A DNA stretch of 11,169 bases from NCBI GenBank assembly GCA_050293845.1, contig JBNKNM010000188.1, forward strand, positions 1 to 11,169, read 5' to 3'. The DNA comes from Pseudobacteriovorax sp. (GTDB lineage Bacteria; Bdellovibrionota_B; Oligoflexia; Oligoflexales; Oligoflexaceae). The translations under genes and the position numbers were made by a program. The stretch's first letter is position 1. Every line of letters starts with the position of its first letter. Below are positions 1-7,071 of this stretch, one piece after another. The notes beneath the pieces are model-generated. The model worked only from the letters and a program-made list of their open reading frames with translations, was not told the origin of the DNA and made no database searches.

Positions 1-776
1 GAATCAATTTTGTTAACTTTTGCCGCAGCGCCAACGCCGATGGCACCCTCAAATTCCAAGCTGACTAATTTAGCAATGGCTGAGTGAGTTTTTGAGTCTA
101 TAACATGGGCCCTGCCTAATGGCTTATATATAAAGCTGATCCAGGAGCCATTAGCAGGATGGATTTGCTGTATGGTTATATCATAGAAGTCTAGTTTATC
201 ACCTTCGTAAATATTCTGTTTTTTGCCACTAGAAAGAGTAATATAGGAGCCTTGTACGGATGTTACGAAAACATCAACAGGATAGCGATTAAGAAGTCGA
301 AAAACCAGCGATTTTACACGCATGGTGATATCCGCATCGGAAGAACTTACAAACCAATTTCTAGGAACACGATCAGACTCCACCAAATAATTGTCTAGCT
401 GTGGTCCCAATAACCGAGTTGTAAGAATAAATAGATCTCCCTGCTCGGTAATGGTGAGACTGAGAAAAGCCTGTAATTCAAACTCTTCCACAAGCCCCAA
501 ACGTCCTTCTGCAGTTTCCCAAGAATGGGAAACGATGGTGTCATTGATAAATTGAAAGCGATGAGAAGATCGAGCGATAGATGAAAAACCGCTTTGAATG
601 AGTGATGTAGCGCGTGCTTCTGCCGATATGCGGTTTCGAGTGCCTTGCCAGATGACAGGAATAATTCCCACATTGCGGATTATCGGTATAGGTCCCCCCT
701 GGGCATATACCGGAGCCGAAATGACGAACGATATAGCAACAATAAGGAAACTAGCTTTTTGTAGTACATCCTTCAA
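1..776 (-). CDS. Exported hypothetical protein with CsgG/TolB-N-like alpha/beta domain and FlgT C-terminal-like beta domain (3' end outside window)
   Basis: My own translation gives an open frame of 258 codons from TTG at 776 to the window edge. It starts 2 nt after the spoVR stop and has an in-frame TGA just upstream. The N-terminus MKDVLQKASFLIVAISFVISAPVYA|QGG looks like a Sec signal peptide. The segment VFVTSVQGSYITLSSGKKQNIYEGDKLDFY...LGRAHVIDSKTHSAIAKL resembles FlgT C-terminal domains. The CDS is well supported; the domain call is by eye. Confidence 0.8.
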   Translation of the reverse strand, partial: MKDVLQKASFLIVAISFVISAPVYAQGGPIPIIRNVGIIPVIWQGTRNRISAEARATSLIQSGFSSIARSSHRFQFINDTIVSHSWETAEGRLGLVEEFELQAFLSLTITEQGDLFILTTRLLGPQLDNYLVESDRVPRNWFVSSSDADITMRVKSLVFRLLNRYPVDVFVTSVQGSYITLSSGKKQNIYEGDKLDFYDITIQQIHPANGSWISFIYKPLGRAHVIDSKTHSAIAKLVSLEFEGAIGVGAAAKVNKID

Positions 777-778
777 TG

Positions 779-2266
779 TTATACTTTTTCAACGCTATGA
801 TTATTTCCATCAAATGATACCCGCCGAGGAGCATCTTCGATAATTGTTTCAATATGAACGGGGCGTTTCCAAACGATATATAAATTTCGTAAGCACTCAA
901 GGGTAAACTCATGTTTTAAATCGATACCTTCGTGAGTGTGATTCAAGAGAAGTTCGTTGCGGTTTTTAAAATTAGCGTCTTGCACATAAATTACCGGTTG
1001 CCCGAAATTGGTTAACTGCTTAAGAAGTTGTTGCTTGATATCTTCAAATTTGCGACTAGAAATGACATAACGGTTATTGCGACGATCATAGTCATAAATG
1101 AACATTTTATGTTCATGACAAAAATCTTCATCCAAATAGGCATCAATAAAGGTAATATCATTGTGGATTTTTCTGACTTCGAAGATTTTTTCTTCCCCTA
1201 AACCAGCTTCAGTATTCCATTCTGCACGTTTTTTAGGGTCATCACAGTTGATGTATTCAATACCAAATTGCCCACGATCCCAGCGCTTCTTGATATGGCG
1301 AAGCAACTCTATACCCAGCTTGTAAGGGTTTAACTGTCCGGGTTGGGCTGCCACAACACCTGAATGCTGATCGCAGTAGTCAATGATTTCAGCATCACTT
1401 AGGGGATGGAGTTCTGTCATCATACGGCTATGCCAAAAAGAAGCCCATCCTTCATTGAGAATTTTGGTTTGTCCTTGGGGAGCAAAATAGTAAGCCTCGT
1501 CCCTGATAATATTCAAAACTCTTTTTTGCCATGAGTTTAAGGGAGCATGCTCGATGAGAAATTTTAAAACATCCTTCTCAGGATTTTCGGGAAAGTTTTT
1601 TTTGCGAGCTGCGCGCTCTTCCTGCTTTCGACGCTGTTCCTCCAAAAACTCTTGAGGATTGACATAGCTATCCATGTACTTTTTGGATTGCAATTTATGA
1701 ATGGGGTCTGACCGATAATGCTCATCTTCCTCTACTTTCTTGTTAGGGGAAAAGAATGGACTATAAATATCGATGAGATTTTCCAATGACAGACAGCAGT
1801 CGATAAAATTTTCAACTTCATCGTGGCCGACATCTTCGATGAGCCGACGGATAATAGAGGCATGATTTGCCATCTGATCAAGCATTTTACGGTTAGTTTT
1901 CGAAAACCAATAGTTATTTTTGAAAAAGTCACAGTGACCATAGACATGGGCAATAACGGTCTTTTGCGAGACTAAGTTGTTGGCCCGTAGCAAGTATGCG
2001 TAGCATGGGTCATTGTTAATAACCATTTCATAAATAACCGAGAGGCCGTAGGTATAGCTTTTCGATAGCCTCTCATAGTCCATGCCGAACCGCCAATGAG
2101 GATAACGTGTTGGAAAGCCTCCATAAGCGGCAATCTCGTTTAGCTGCTTATAGTCAACGAGTTCAAAAATCGTGCGAAAAAAATCTAAACCATGAGCCTT
2201 TGCTGTTTCAGCAATCGAATGGGTTAGTTCTAAAAGTTCGGGGGTGAGTTGAGTACTAGTACTCAT
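779..2266 (-). CDS. spoVR: SpoVR/YcgB family protein
   Basis: 495 aa with family motifs AYGGFPTRYPHWRFG, IYEMVINNDPCYAYL, AHVYGHCDFFKNN, YFAPQGQTKILNEGWASFWH and LNPYKLG. It sits in its canonical position after prkA and yeaH. Confidence 0.96.
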   Translation of the reverse strand: MSTSTQLTPELLELTHSIAETAKAHGLDFFRTIFELVDYKQLNEIAAYGGFPTRYPHWRFGMDYERLSKSYTYGLSVIYEMVINNDPCYAYLLRANNLVSQKTVIAHVYGHCDFFKNNYWFSKTNRKMLDQMANHASIIRRLIEDVGHDEVENFIDCCLSLENLIDIYSPFFSPNKKVEEDEHYRSDPIHKLQSKKYMDSYVNPQEFLEEQRRKQEERAARKKNFPENPEKDVLKFLIEHAPLNSWQKRVLNIIRDEAYYFAPQGQTKILNEGWASFWHSRMMTELHPLSDAEIIDYCDQHSGVVAAQPGQLNPYKLGIELLRHIKKRWDRGQFGIEYINCDDPKKRAEWNTEAGLGEEKIFEVRKIHNDITFIDAYLDEDFCHEHKMFIYDYDRRNNRYVISSRKFEDIKQQLLKQLTNFGQPVIYVQDANFKNRNELLLNHTHEGIDLKHEFTLECLRNLYIVWKRPVHIETIIEDAPRRVSFDGNNHSVEKV

Positions 2267-2271
2267 GTATG

Positions 2272-3381
2272 CTACCTGCCTTTCCCTAAAAATACTTTTA
2301 AGGCATCCATGATCGCATCACGATCTTTGATCTGAGTTGTCGTCATTTTTTTGTTATCTTCACCAAAATGCTTATGAAGATCCCTTAGAAACTGGCCTGA
2401 GCCATAGCGTGACTCCACCTGGCCATAGCAAAATAGATTAGACATAGGGACCAGGCTATTTTCTAAAAGCTTCATACAATCAGCGGTATCATTTCCAGAC
2501 CAATTATCGCCGTCAGAAAAATGGAACAGATAAATATTCCATTCATCGGGATTGAAATTTTCTTCCACCAGCTTCAGCGCCAGTTTATAGGCGGAGCTGA
2601 TTAATGTACCTCCAGACTCTTTGGTTCGATAGAAGGTGTTTGCATCAACTTCGCGTGCCGTAGCGTCATGAATAATATAACGGCGTTCGAGTCCATTGTA
2701 TTGAGTCGCGAGCCAAGTGTCTAACCAGAAGCTGGTGAGGCGAACAATCTCCTTTTGCTCGTCTCCCATAGAGCCGGAAACATCCATCATGTATATGATG
2801 ACCGCATTGGCAACAGGCTCATTGAGAACGCGGTAGGAGCGATATCTTTTGTCATCCTTAATAGGAACAACGATAGGATCATCAGGATCGTAGATTCCCA
2901 TGGAAATGGTGCGTTTTAAGGCCTCCTTGTAGGTCCTTTTAAAGTGACGTAAGGATTCAGGGCCCTGTTTCAGTATGCCCGTGAACTTATATTTCTTATC
3001 TTCAATGTTATCCTTGCCCTTGTCTTCTATATTGGGAAGCTCCAGTTCTTCTCCTAATATCAGGGCTAGCTCTTCCAGAGTAACATCAACTTCTAAGTTA
3101 TGCTGACCTTCTTGGTCTCCAGCCTCCCCTTGGCCTGGTTGCGGTTGGCCCTGGTCGATGGTATCTCCCACTTCCCCATCTCCCTGACCAACTCCCCCTT
3201 GCTCCTGTGAGCCATAACGGAATTTAGGGATATCGATACGAGGTAGGGGAATGGTGACCTTTTTATTGCCTTGGCGTGCGACAAGGTCGCCGCTTGAAAT
3301 AAAGCGGCGTAGTTCCTTTTTGATCTTTCCCCGAACTATTTTGCGGAATCGATTGAAATCAGATTCCATTTTCATGGGCAT
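2272..3381 (-). CDS. yeaH: YeaH/YhbH (DUF444) vWA-domain protein
   Basis: 369 aa with N-terminal [11 protein letters not shown], a Gly/Gln-rich linker ([12 protein letters not shown]), MIDAS motif MDVSGSM, ESGGT and FHFSDGDNW. An AAGGA RBS lies upstream, and the gene sits between prkA and spoVR. The start could also be one of the nearby downstream ATGs. Confidence 0.94.
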   Translation of the reverse strand: MPMKMESDFNRFRKIVRGKIKKELRRFISSGDLVARQGNKKVTIPLPRIDIPKFRYGSQEQGGVGQGDGEVGDTIDQGQPQPGQGEAGDQEGQHNLEVDVTLEELALILGEELELPNIEDKGKDNIEDKKYKFTGILKQGPESLRHFKRTYKEALKRTISMGIYDPDDPIVVPIKDDKRYRSYRVLNEPVANAVIIYMMDVSGSMGDEQKEIVRLTSFWLDTWLATQYNGLERRYIIHDATAREVDANTFYRTKESGGTLISSAYKLALKLVEENFNPDEWNIYLFHFSDGDNWSGNDTADCMKLLENSLVPMSNLFCYGQVESRYGSGQFLRDLHKHFGEDNKKMTTTQIKDRDAIMDALKVFLGKGR

Positions 3382-3436
3382 GCTACATCCTTTTCTAAAG
3401 GTTTACCCCTGATAGGTAAAACGGCTCTATGAGGCC

Positions 3437-5500
3437 TTACTTCTTGTCCTTTTTGACAATGTCCCCCCTTGCAAAAACGCTGGATACAAAACCGAGTGCA
3501 TCGTTGGCACAGATTTCACAGTAACCATAGTTTTTAATGAGGCGGTTTTTCACAACATCAATTTTGGCCTGGGCCTCTTTGTCCACGACATTTGATACGA
3601 GGCTTGTCAATTTGATTGTATCTTTCTGATCTTCAAAGAGCTTGAGCTCCAGAGCCTTATGAAGTCGCTCATTGGTTCTAAAGTCAAATGGTTTACCCTC
3701 AAGGGCCAAAGCTCCGATATAGTTCATAATTTCTCGACGGAAATCATCCTTACGACTTTCTGGAATATCTATTTTTTCTTCTATAGAGCGCATGAGTCTT
3801 TCATCGGGCTCTTCATTCTCTCCAGTGTAGGGGTTTTTAACCTTTTCTTTCTGAGTGTAAGCCTTCACATTGTCGATGTAGTTACCACAAAGCTTATCGA
3901 TAGCACTTTCATCGGCGGAAATAGCTCTTTGTACCTCATGCTTCACAATATCTTCATATTCCATTTTGACTAGAGACAGCAATTCACGATAGCGTTTTTT
4001 CGTCTCTTCGTCGCGAATCAAAGAATGGGTTTTTAAGCCTGACTCAAGCTCGTTTAGGATAATAAATGGGTTGATGCAGCCTTCCCCTTTGTCGGTTACT
4101 AAGGCATTGGATATCTTATCTTGAATATAGCGGGGAGAAATGCCGTCCATACCCTCACGCGTGGTTTCTTTGCGTAGCTCTTTAATATTGTCCTCAGTAA
4201 ATCCAGGAATCGACTTACCATTATAAAGCTTGAGCTTTTGCATGATGGTGAGATTGGCTTTTTTGGGCTCTTCTAAGCGAGTCAAAATGGCCCACATTGC
4301 AGCCATATCGACAGTATGAGGAGCGATATGGATATGGGGTACAGTTTCAGCATTAAAGTCTTTCTTATAAATCTCTGTTTCTTTGTCTAGCCGAGTAATG
4401 TAGGGAATATCGATTTTAACTGTCCTATCCCTTAAGGCTTCCATAAACTCGTTGTTCTGTAACTTACGGTATTCGGGCTCATTGGTGTGACCAATGATGA
4501 CCTCGTCAATATCAGTTTGAGCAAACTTTTTAGGCTTAATTTTATGTTCTTGACTTGCAGTTAAGAGGTCATAGAGGAAGGCGACATCCAGCTTGAGAAC
4601 CTCGACAAACTCAATGATACCGCGGTTAGCGACATTAAACTCACCGTCAAAGTTAAAAGCTCTGGGGTCAGAATCTGAGCCATACTGAGCAATTTTACGG
4701 TAGTTAATATCACCAGTTAATTCAGTTGAGTCTTGATTTTTCTCGTCTTTAGGTTGGAAGGTTCCGATACCGATACGATCCTGTTCCGATAGAACCATGC
4801 GTTTGACGCGAAGATGATTATTGATCACTTTTTCCCAATTGCCCTGATATTCCTCCATTAAGCGATTATAAACATAGCGACAGGCAGGGCAAAGATCACC
4901 CTCAATGTAAACCGTTTCAGAGCGATCACGATTTTTATTGAGCATCTCTAAAATTTGGGAGCGCCTCTCCAAGGGTATGAGATGCAGTGGTTCTTCATGA
5001 ATGGGACAGGGCATCAGGTCTTCCATATCCAACACTTCACCAATATTAATCCACTCATAAGTATAAAGGGCGCCCTCTGGTTTTTTAGAATAATTTTCCA
5101 ACCCTTTTTTGAGAAGGCGAGCAATGGTTGATTTTGCTGAGCCTACAGGGCCATGTAACAAAACGACCCTCTTTTCAGGTCCGTATCGCTGTGCCGCCGC
5201 CTTGAAAACATTAACCAGTTTATTAAGGTAAATATCCAGTCCAAAGATAGCGTCCCTGCCATTCTCCAGCGGATCATCAAAGAATTTCCAATGGTAGATT
5301 TCCTTTTTGTACTCGATGTACTTCTCATACCCATAGGAGGCAATCATATCAAAAACACGCTGAAATGCAGTCCGTGCAATACCCGGGTGCTCGACGACTA
5401 AGTCAAGGTATTCTTGATAAGTACCGGTCCAGTGCAATTGTTGGTACTGATTGTTAAACTCGTGCTCGGTGATCATATTTACAATTTTGCTCGCATCCAT
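3437..5500 (-). CDS. prkA: PrkA/YeaG family AAA+ ATPase / serine protein kinase
   Basis: 687 aa with Walker [72 protein letters not shown] and [19 protein letters not shown] at 5511..5506. Confidence 0.96.
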   Translation of the reverse strand: MDASKIVNMITEHEFNNQYQQLHWTGTYQEYLDLVVEHPGIARTAFQRVFDMIASYGYEKYIEYKKEIYHWKFFDDPLENGRDAIFGLDIYLNKLVNVFKAAAQRYGPEKRVVLLHGPVGSAKSTIARLLKKGLENYSKKPEGALYTYEWINIGEVLDMEDLMPCPIHEEPLHLIPLERRSQILEMLNKNRDRSETVYIEGDLCPACRYVYNRLMEEYQGNWEKVINNHLRVKRMVLSEQDRIGIGTFQPKDEKNQDSTELTGDINYRKIAQYGSDSDPRAFNFDGEFNVANRGIIEFVEVLKLDVAFLYDLLTASQEHKIKPKKFAQTDIDEVIIGHTNEPEYRKLQNNEFMEALRDRTVKIDIPYITRLDKETEIYKKDFNAETVPHIHIAPHTVDMAAMWAILTRLEEPKKANLTIMQKLKLYNGKSIPGFTEDNIKELRKETTREGMDGISPRYIQDKISNALVTDKGEGCINPFIILNELESGLKTHSLIRDEETKKRYRELLSLVKMEYEDIVKHEVQRAISADESAIDKLCGNYIDNVKAYTQKEKVKNPYTGENEEPDERLMRSIEEKIDIPESRKDDFRREIMNYIGALALEGKPFDFRTNERLHKALELKLFEDQKDTIKLTSLVSNVVDKEAQAKIDVVKNRLIKNYGYCEICANDALGFVSSVFARGDIVKKDKK

Positions 5501-5510
5501 GCTCGCTCCT

Positions 5511-5570
5511 TCAACGCTTTTTGCATGTCCAGCCGTAGGGTCGGTAATAGGTGTAATAGTATTTGTCCAT
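5511..5570 (-). CDS. Putative Tyr-rich leader peptide (uORF) [19 protein letters not shown]
   Basis: ATG at 5570 and TGA at 5513..5511. Six of 19 codons are Tyr. It fills the predicted prkA 5' leader. Translation is not demonstrated. Confidence 0.35.
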   Translation of the reverse strand: MDKYYYTYYRPYGWTCKKR

Positions 5571-5578
5571 CCTATTCA

Positions 5579-5607
5579 AGGATATCTGGGAAGGTTAATA
5601 CTGTCAA
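5579..5607 (-). promoter_or_regulatory. Sigma-70-type promoter for the prkA-yeaH-spoVR operon
   Basis: Perfect -35 TTGACA (5607..5602), 17-nt spacer and -10 TATCCT (5584..5579), in the prfB-prkA intergenic region and correctly oriented. Confidence 0.7.
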
Positions 5608-5621
5608 AACTTTAGAACAGG

Positions 5622-5667
5622 TAAAAGAGAAGAAAATTGCAAGGAAGAGCTATAGTAGGCTCTCCCC
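5622..5667 (-). terminator. Possible intrinsic terminator after prfB
   Basis: On the minus strand, GGGAGAGC-ctactata-GCTCTTCC forms an 8-bp stem with one G-U pair, 8 nt after the prfB stop. It is followed by pyrimidine-rich TTGCAATTTTCTTCTCTTTT; the U-tract is imperfect. Confidence 0.4.
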
Positions 5668-5674
5668 AAGGTAC

Positions 5675-6788
5675 CTAAGAATTTGATCTTTGGAAAGAAT
5701 GAGATAAGTATTCGCTGATAAATCCCTCGATATTGCCATCTAAAATATCATCAGGACTATGGTTTTCCATATTGGTGCGATGATCTTTCACCATTTTATA
5801 GGGGTGGAGTACATAGCTACGAATTTGACTGCCCCAGCCAATTTCAGCCTTTTCTCCTTCGACAGCTTCTTGAGACTTGCGTCTTTCTTCCAGCTCCCTT
5901 TCAAATAATTTTGATTTAAGTAATTTCATACACTGATCACGGTTCTGATGCTGGGAGCGCTGTGTTTGGCACTGGACCACAATTCCTGTGGGAATATGTG
6001 TCATACGAACAGCGGAGTCTGTTTTGTTAATATGTTGCCCCCCCGCACCACTGGCCCGGTAGGTGTCTACCCGCAGGTCAGACTCATTAATCTCTATGTC
6101 AATATCATCGTCAACTACTGGCGATATAAAAACAGAGGCAAATGATGTATGTCTTCTTGCATTGGAGTCAAAAGGACTTATTCTTACCAAGCGGTGAACT
6201 CCTGTTTCCGCCTTTAGCATGCCAAATGAAAATGGGCCTCTGACTTCAAAAGTGGCACTCTTAATGCCTGCCTCGTCTCCCTCCTGAAGATCGTAAATAT
6301 CAGTTTTCCACCCCTTACGCTCAGCATAGCGGAGATACATTCGAAATAGCATGGATGCCCAATCGCAGGATTCCGTGCCGCCAGCACCAGCATTGATCGT
6401 CATGACAGCATCGTTTTGGTCCAGTTCACCACCGAGTAAGCTTTGGATTTCGAGTGCCTTTAGCTCTTCTGTTAGGGTGCTTATAAGCTGTTCTGCCTCA
6501 ACTAAATACTCCTCCTCCCCTTCCGCAGCAAGTTCTAAGGAAGCCATAAGGTCCTCTTTACTCTGTTTCAATGTGTCCGCACGGGCAATAGCCTGTTCAA
6601 GTCCACTTTTTTTCTTCAGGATGGGAGCTGATACGCTAGGGTTGGTCCAGAAGTCGGGACGCGACTCGATTTCTACTTCTATGTCTTTAAGCTCTTTGGT
6701 TTTTTTATCAAAGTCAAAGAAACCTCCAAACCTGGTCAAATTTTTTGTAAATGAGTTTTGCCTGGTCTAAAAGAGAGTCGTATTGCAT
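5675..6788 (-). CDS. prfB: Peptide chain release factor 2, translated via programmed +1 frameshift (join 6788..6717, 6715..5675; about 370 aa)
   Basis: RF2 SPF motif (LVRISPFDS), catalytic GGQ (SGAGGQHINKTDSAVR) and WGSQIRSYVLHPY. The true start is ATG 6788 with a GAGG RBS at 6798..6795. It gives MQYDSLLDQAKLIYKKFDQVWRFL, then CTT TGA C; a +1 shift continues as DFDKKTKE. Confidence 0.97.
6713..6727 (-). other. prfB programmed +1 ribosomal frameshift cassette
   Basis: GGAGG-TTT-CTT-TGA-C: an internal Shine-Dalgarno (6727..6723), a 3-nt spacer, slippery CTT (6719..6717) and in-frame TGA-C. This matches the established RF2 autoregulatory signal. Confidence 0.96.
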
Positions 6789-6808
6789 TAATGGCCTCAA
6801 CTGATAGT

Positions 6809-6837
6809 TTGATCTTGCGTAGGCAAATACGTATCAT
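6809..6837 (+). promoter_or_regulatory. Candidate sigma-70-type promoter for flbD-TPR
   Basis: TTGATC (6809..6814), 17-nt spacer and TATCAT (6832..6837) in the 88-bp divergent intergenic region. AAGGG RBS at 6864..6868. Confidence 0.4.
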
Positions 6838-6876
6838 AGTACAGAACATCTGGCCACTTCTTTAAGGGTCAAGCCT

Positions 6877-7071
6877 ATGATAATGCTTACTAAACTCGAT
6901 AATAAAAAAATACTAATTAATCTAGAAACCATCAAGTACTTGGAACAGGTCCCCGATACTATTGTTTTTTTTACAAATGGTGAGTCGTTAATGATTAAAG
7001 AAACTCTTGAGGAAGTCGAACAAGCAGTGGAGGCCCATCAACGCCGATTATTTCGTGCATCACCAACGTAA
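6877..7071 (+). CDS. flbD: Flagellar FlbD/SwrD family protein
   Basis: 64 aa; MIMLTKLDNKKILINLETIKYLEQVPDTIVFFTNGESLMIKETLEEV matches the family pattern MIxLTxL...xN...I...E..PDTxIxxxNG.....KES.EEV. An RBS is present. Confidence 0.88.
   Translation: MIMLTKLDNKKILINLETIKYLEQVPDTIVFFTNGESLMIKETLEEVEQAVEAHQRRLFRASPT

Noticed and set aside
395..843. ORF-track entries 395..673 (-) and 598..843 (+)
   Set aside because: These are out-of-frame or antisense shadows of the longer 1..776 gene and the spoVR 3' end, with no recognisable motifs.
5132..5160. Non-canonical PrkA Walker A (GPVGSAKS)
   Set aside because: Small-residue variation before KS is common in PrkA/YeaG proteins, and the catalytic Lys is retained.
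1732..5343. Short ORFs 1732..1953, 3093..3284, 3659..3973 and 5143..5343
   Set aside because: All are nested within the well-conserved spoVR, yeaH or prkA genes in other frames or strands, with no independent support.
5501..5516. +1 frameshift from the Tyr-rich uORF (CGT TGA) into the prkA frame
   Set aside because: The frames would allow it, but CGT cannot re-pair in the +1 frame, there is no upstream stimulatory SD, and prkA has its own strong RBS.
5414..5686. 90-aa plus-strand ORF spanning the prkA-prfB intergenic region
   Set aside because: It is antisense to prkA and prfB, runs across the promoter and terminator, and has no family resemblance.
6714..6739. prfB as a pseudogene, or starting at TTG 6739
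   Set aside because: The in-frame TGA is the canonical programmed frameshift site, and the upstream ATG at 6788 has its own RBS.
5948..6770. Plus-strand ORFs 5948..6145 and 6351..6770
   Set aside because: Both are antisense to prfB; the Ser-rich composition is typical of the reverse complement of a Glu/Lys-rich gene.
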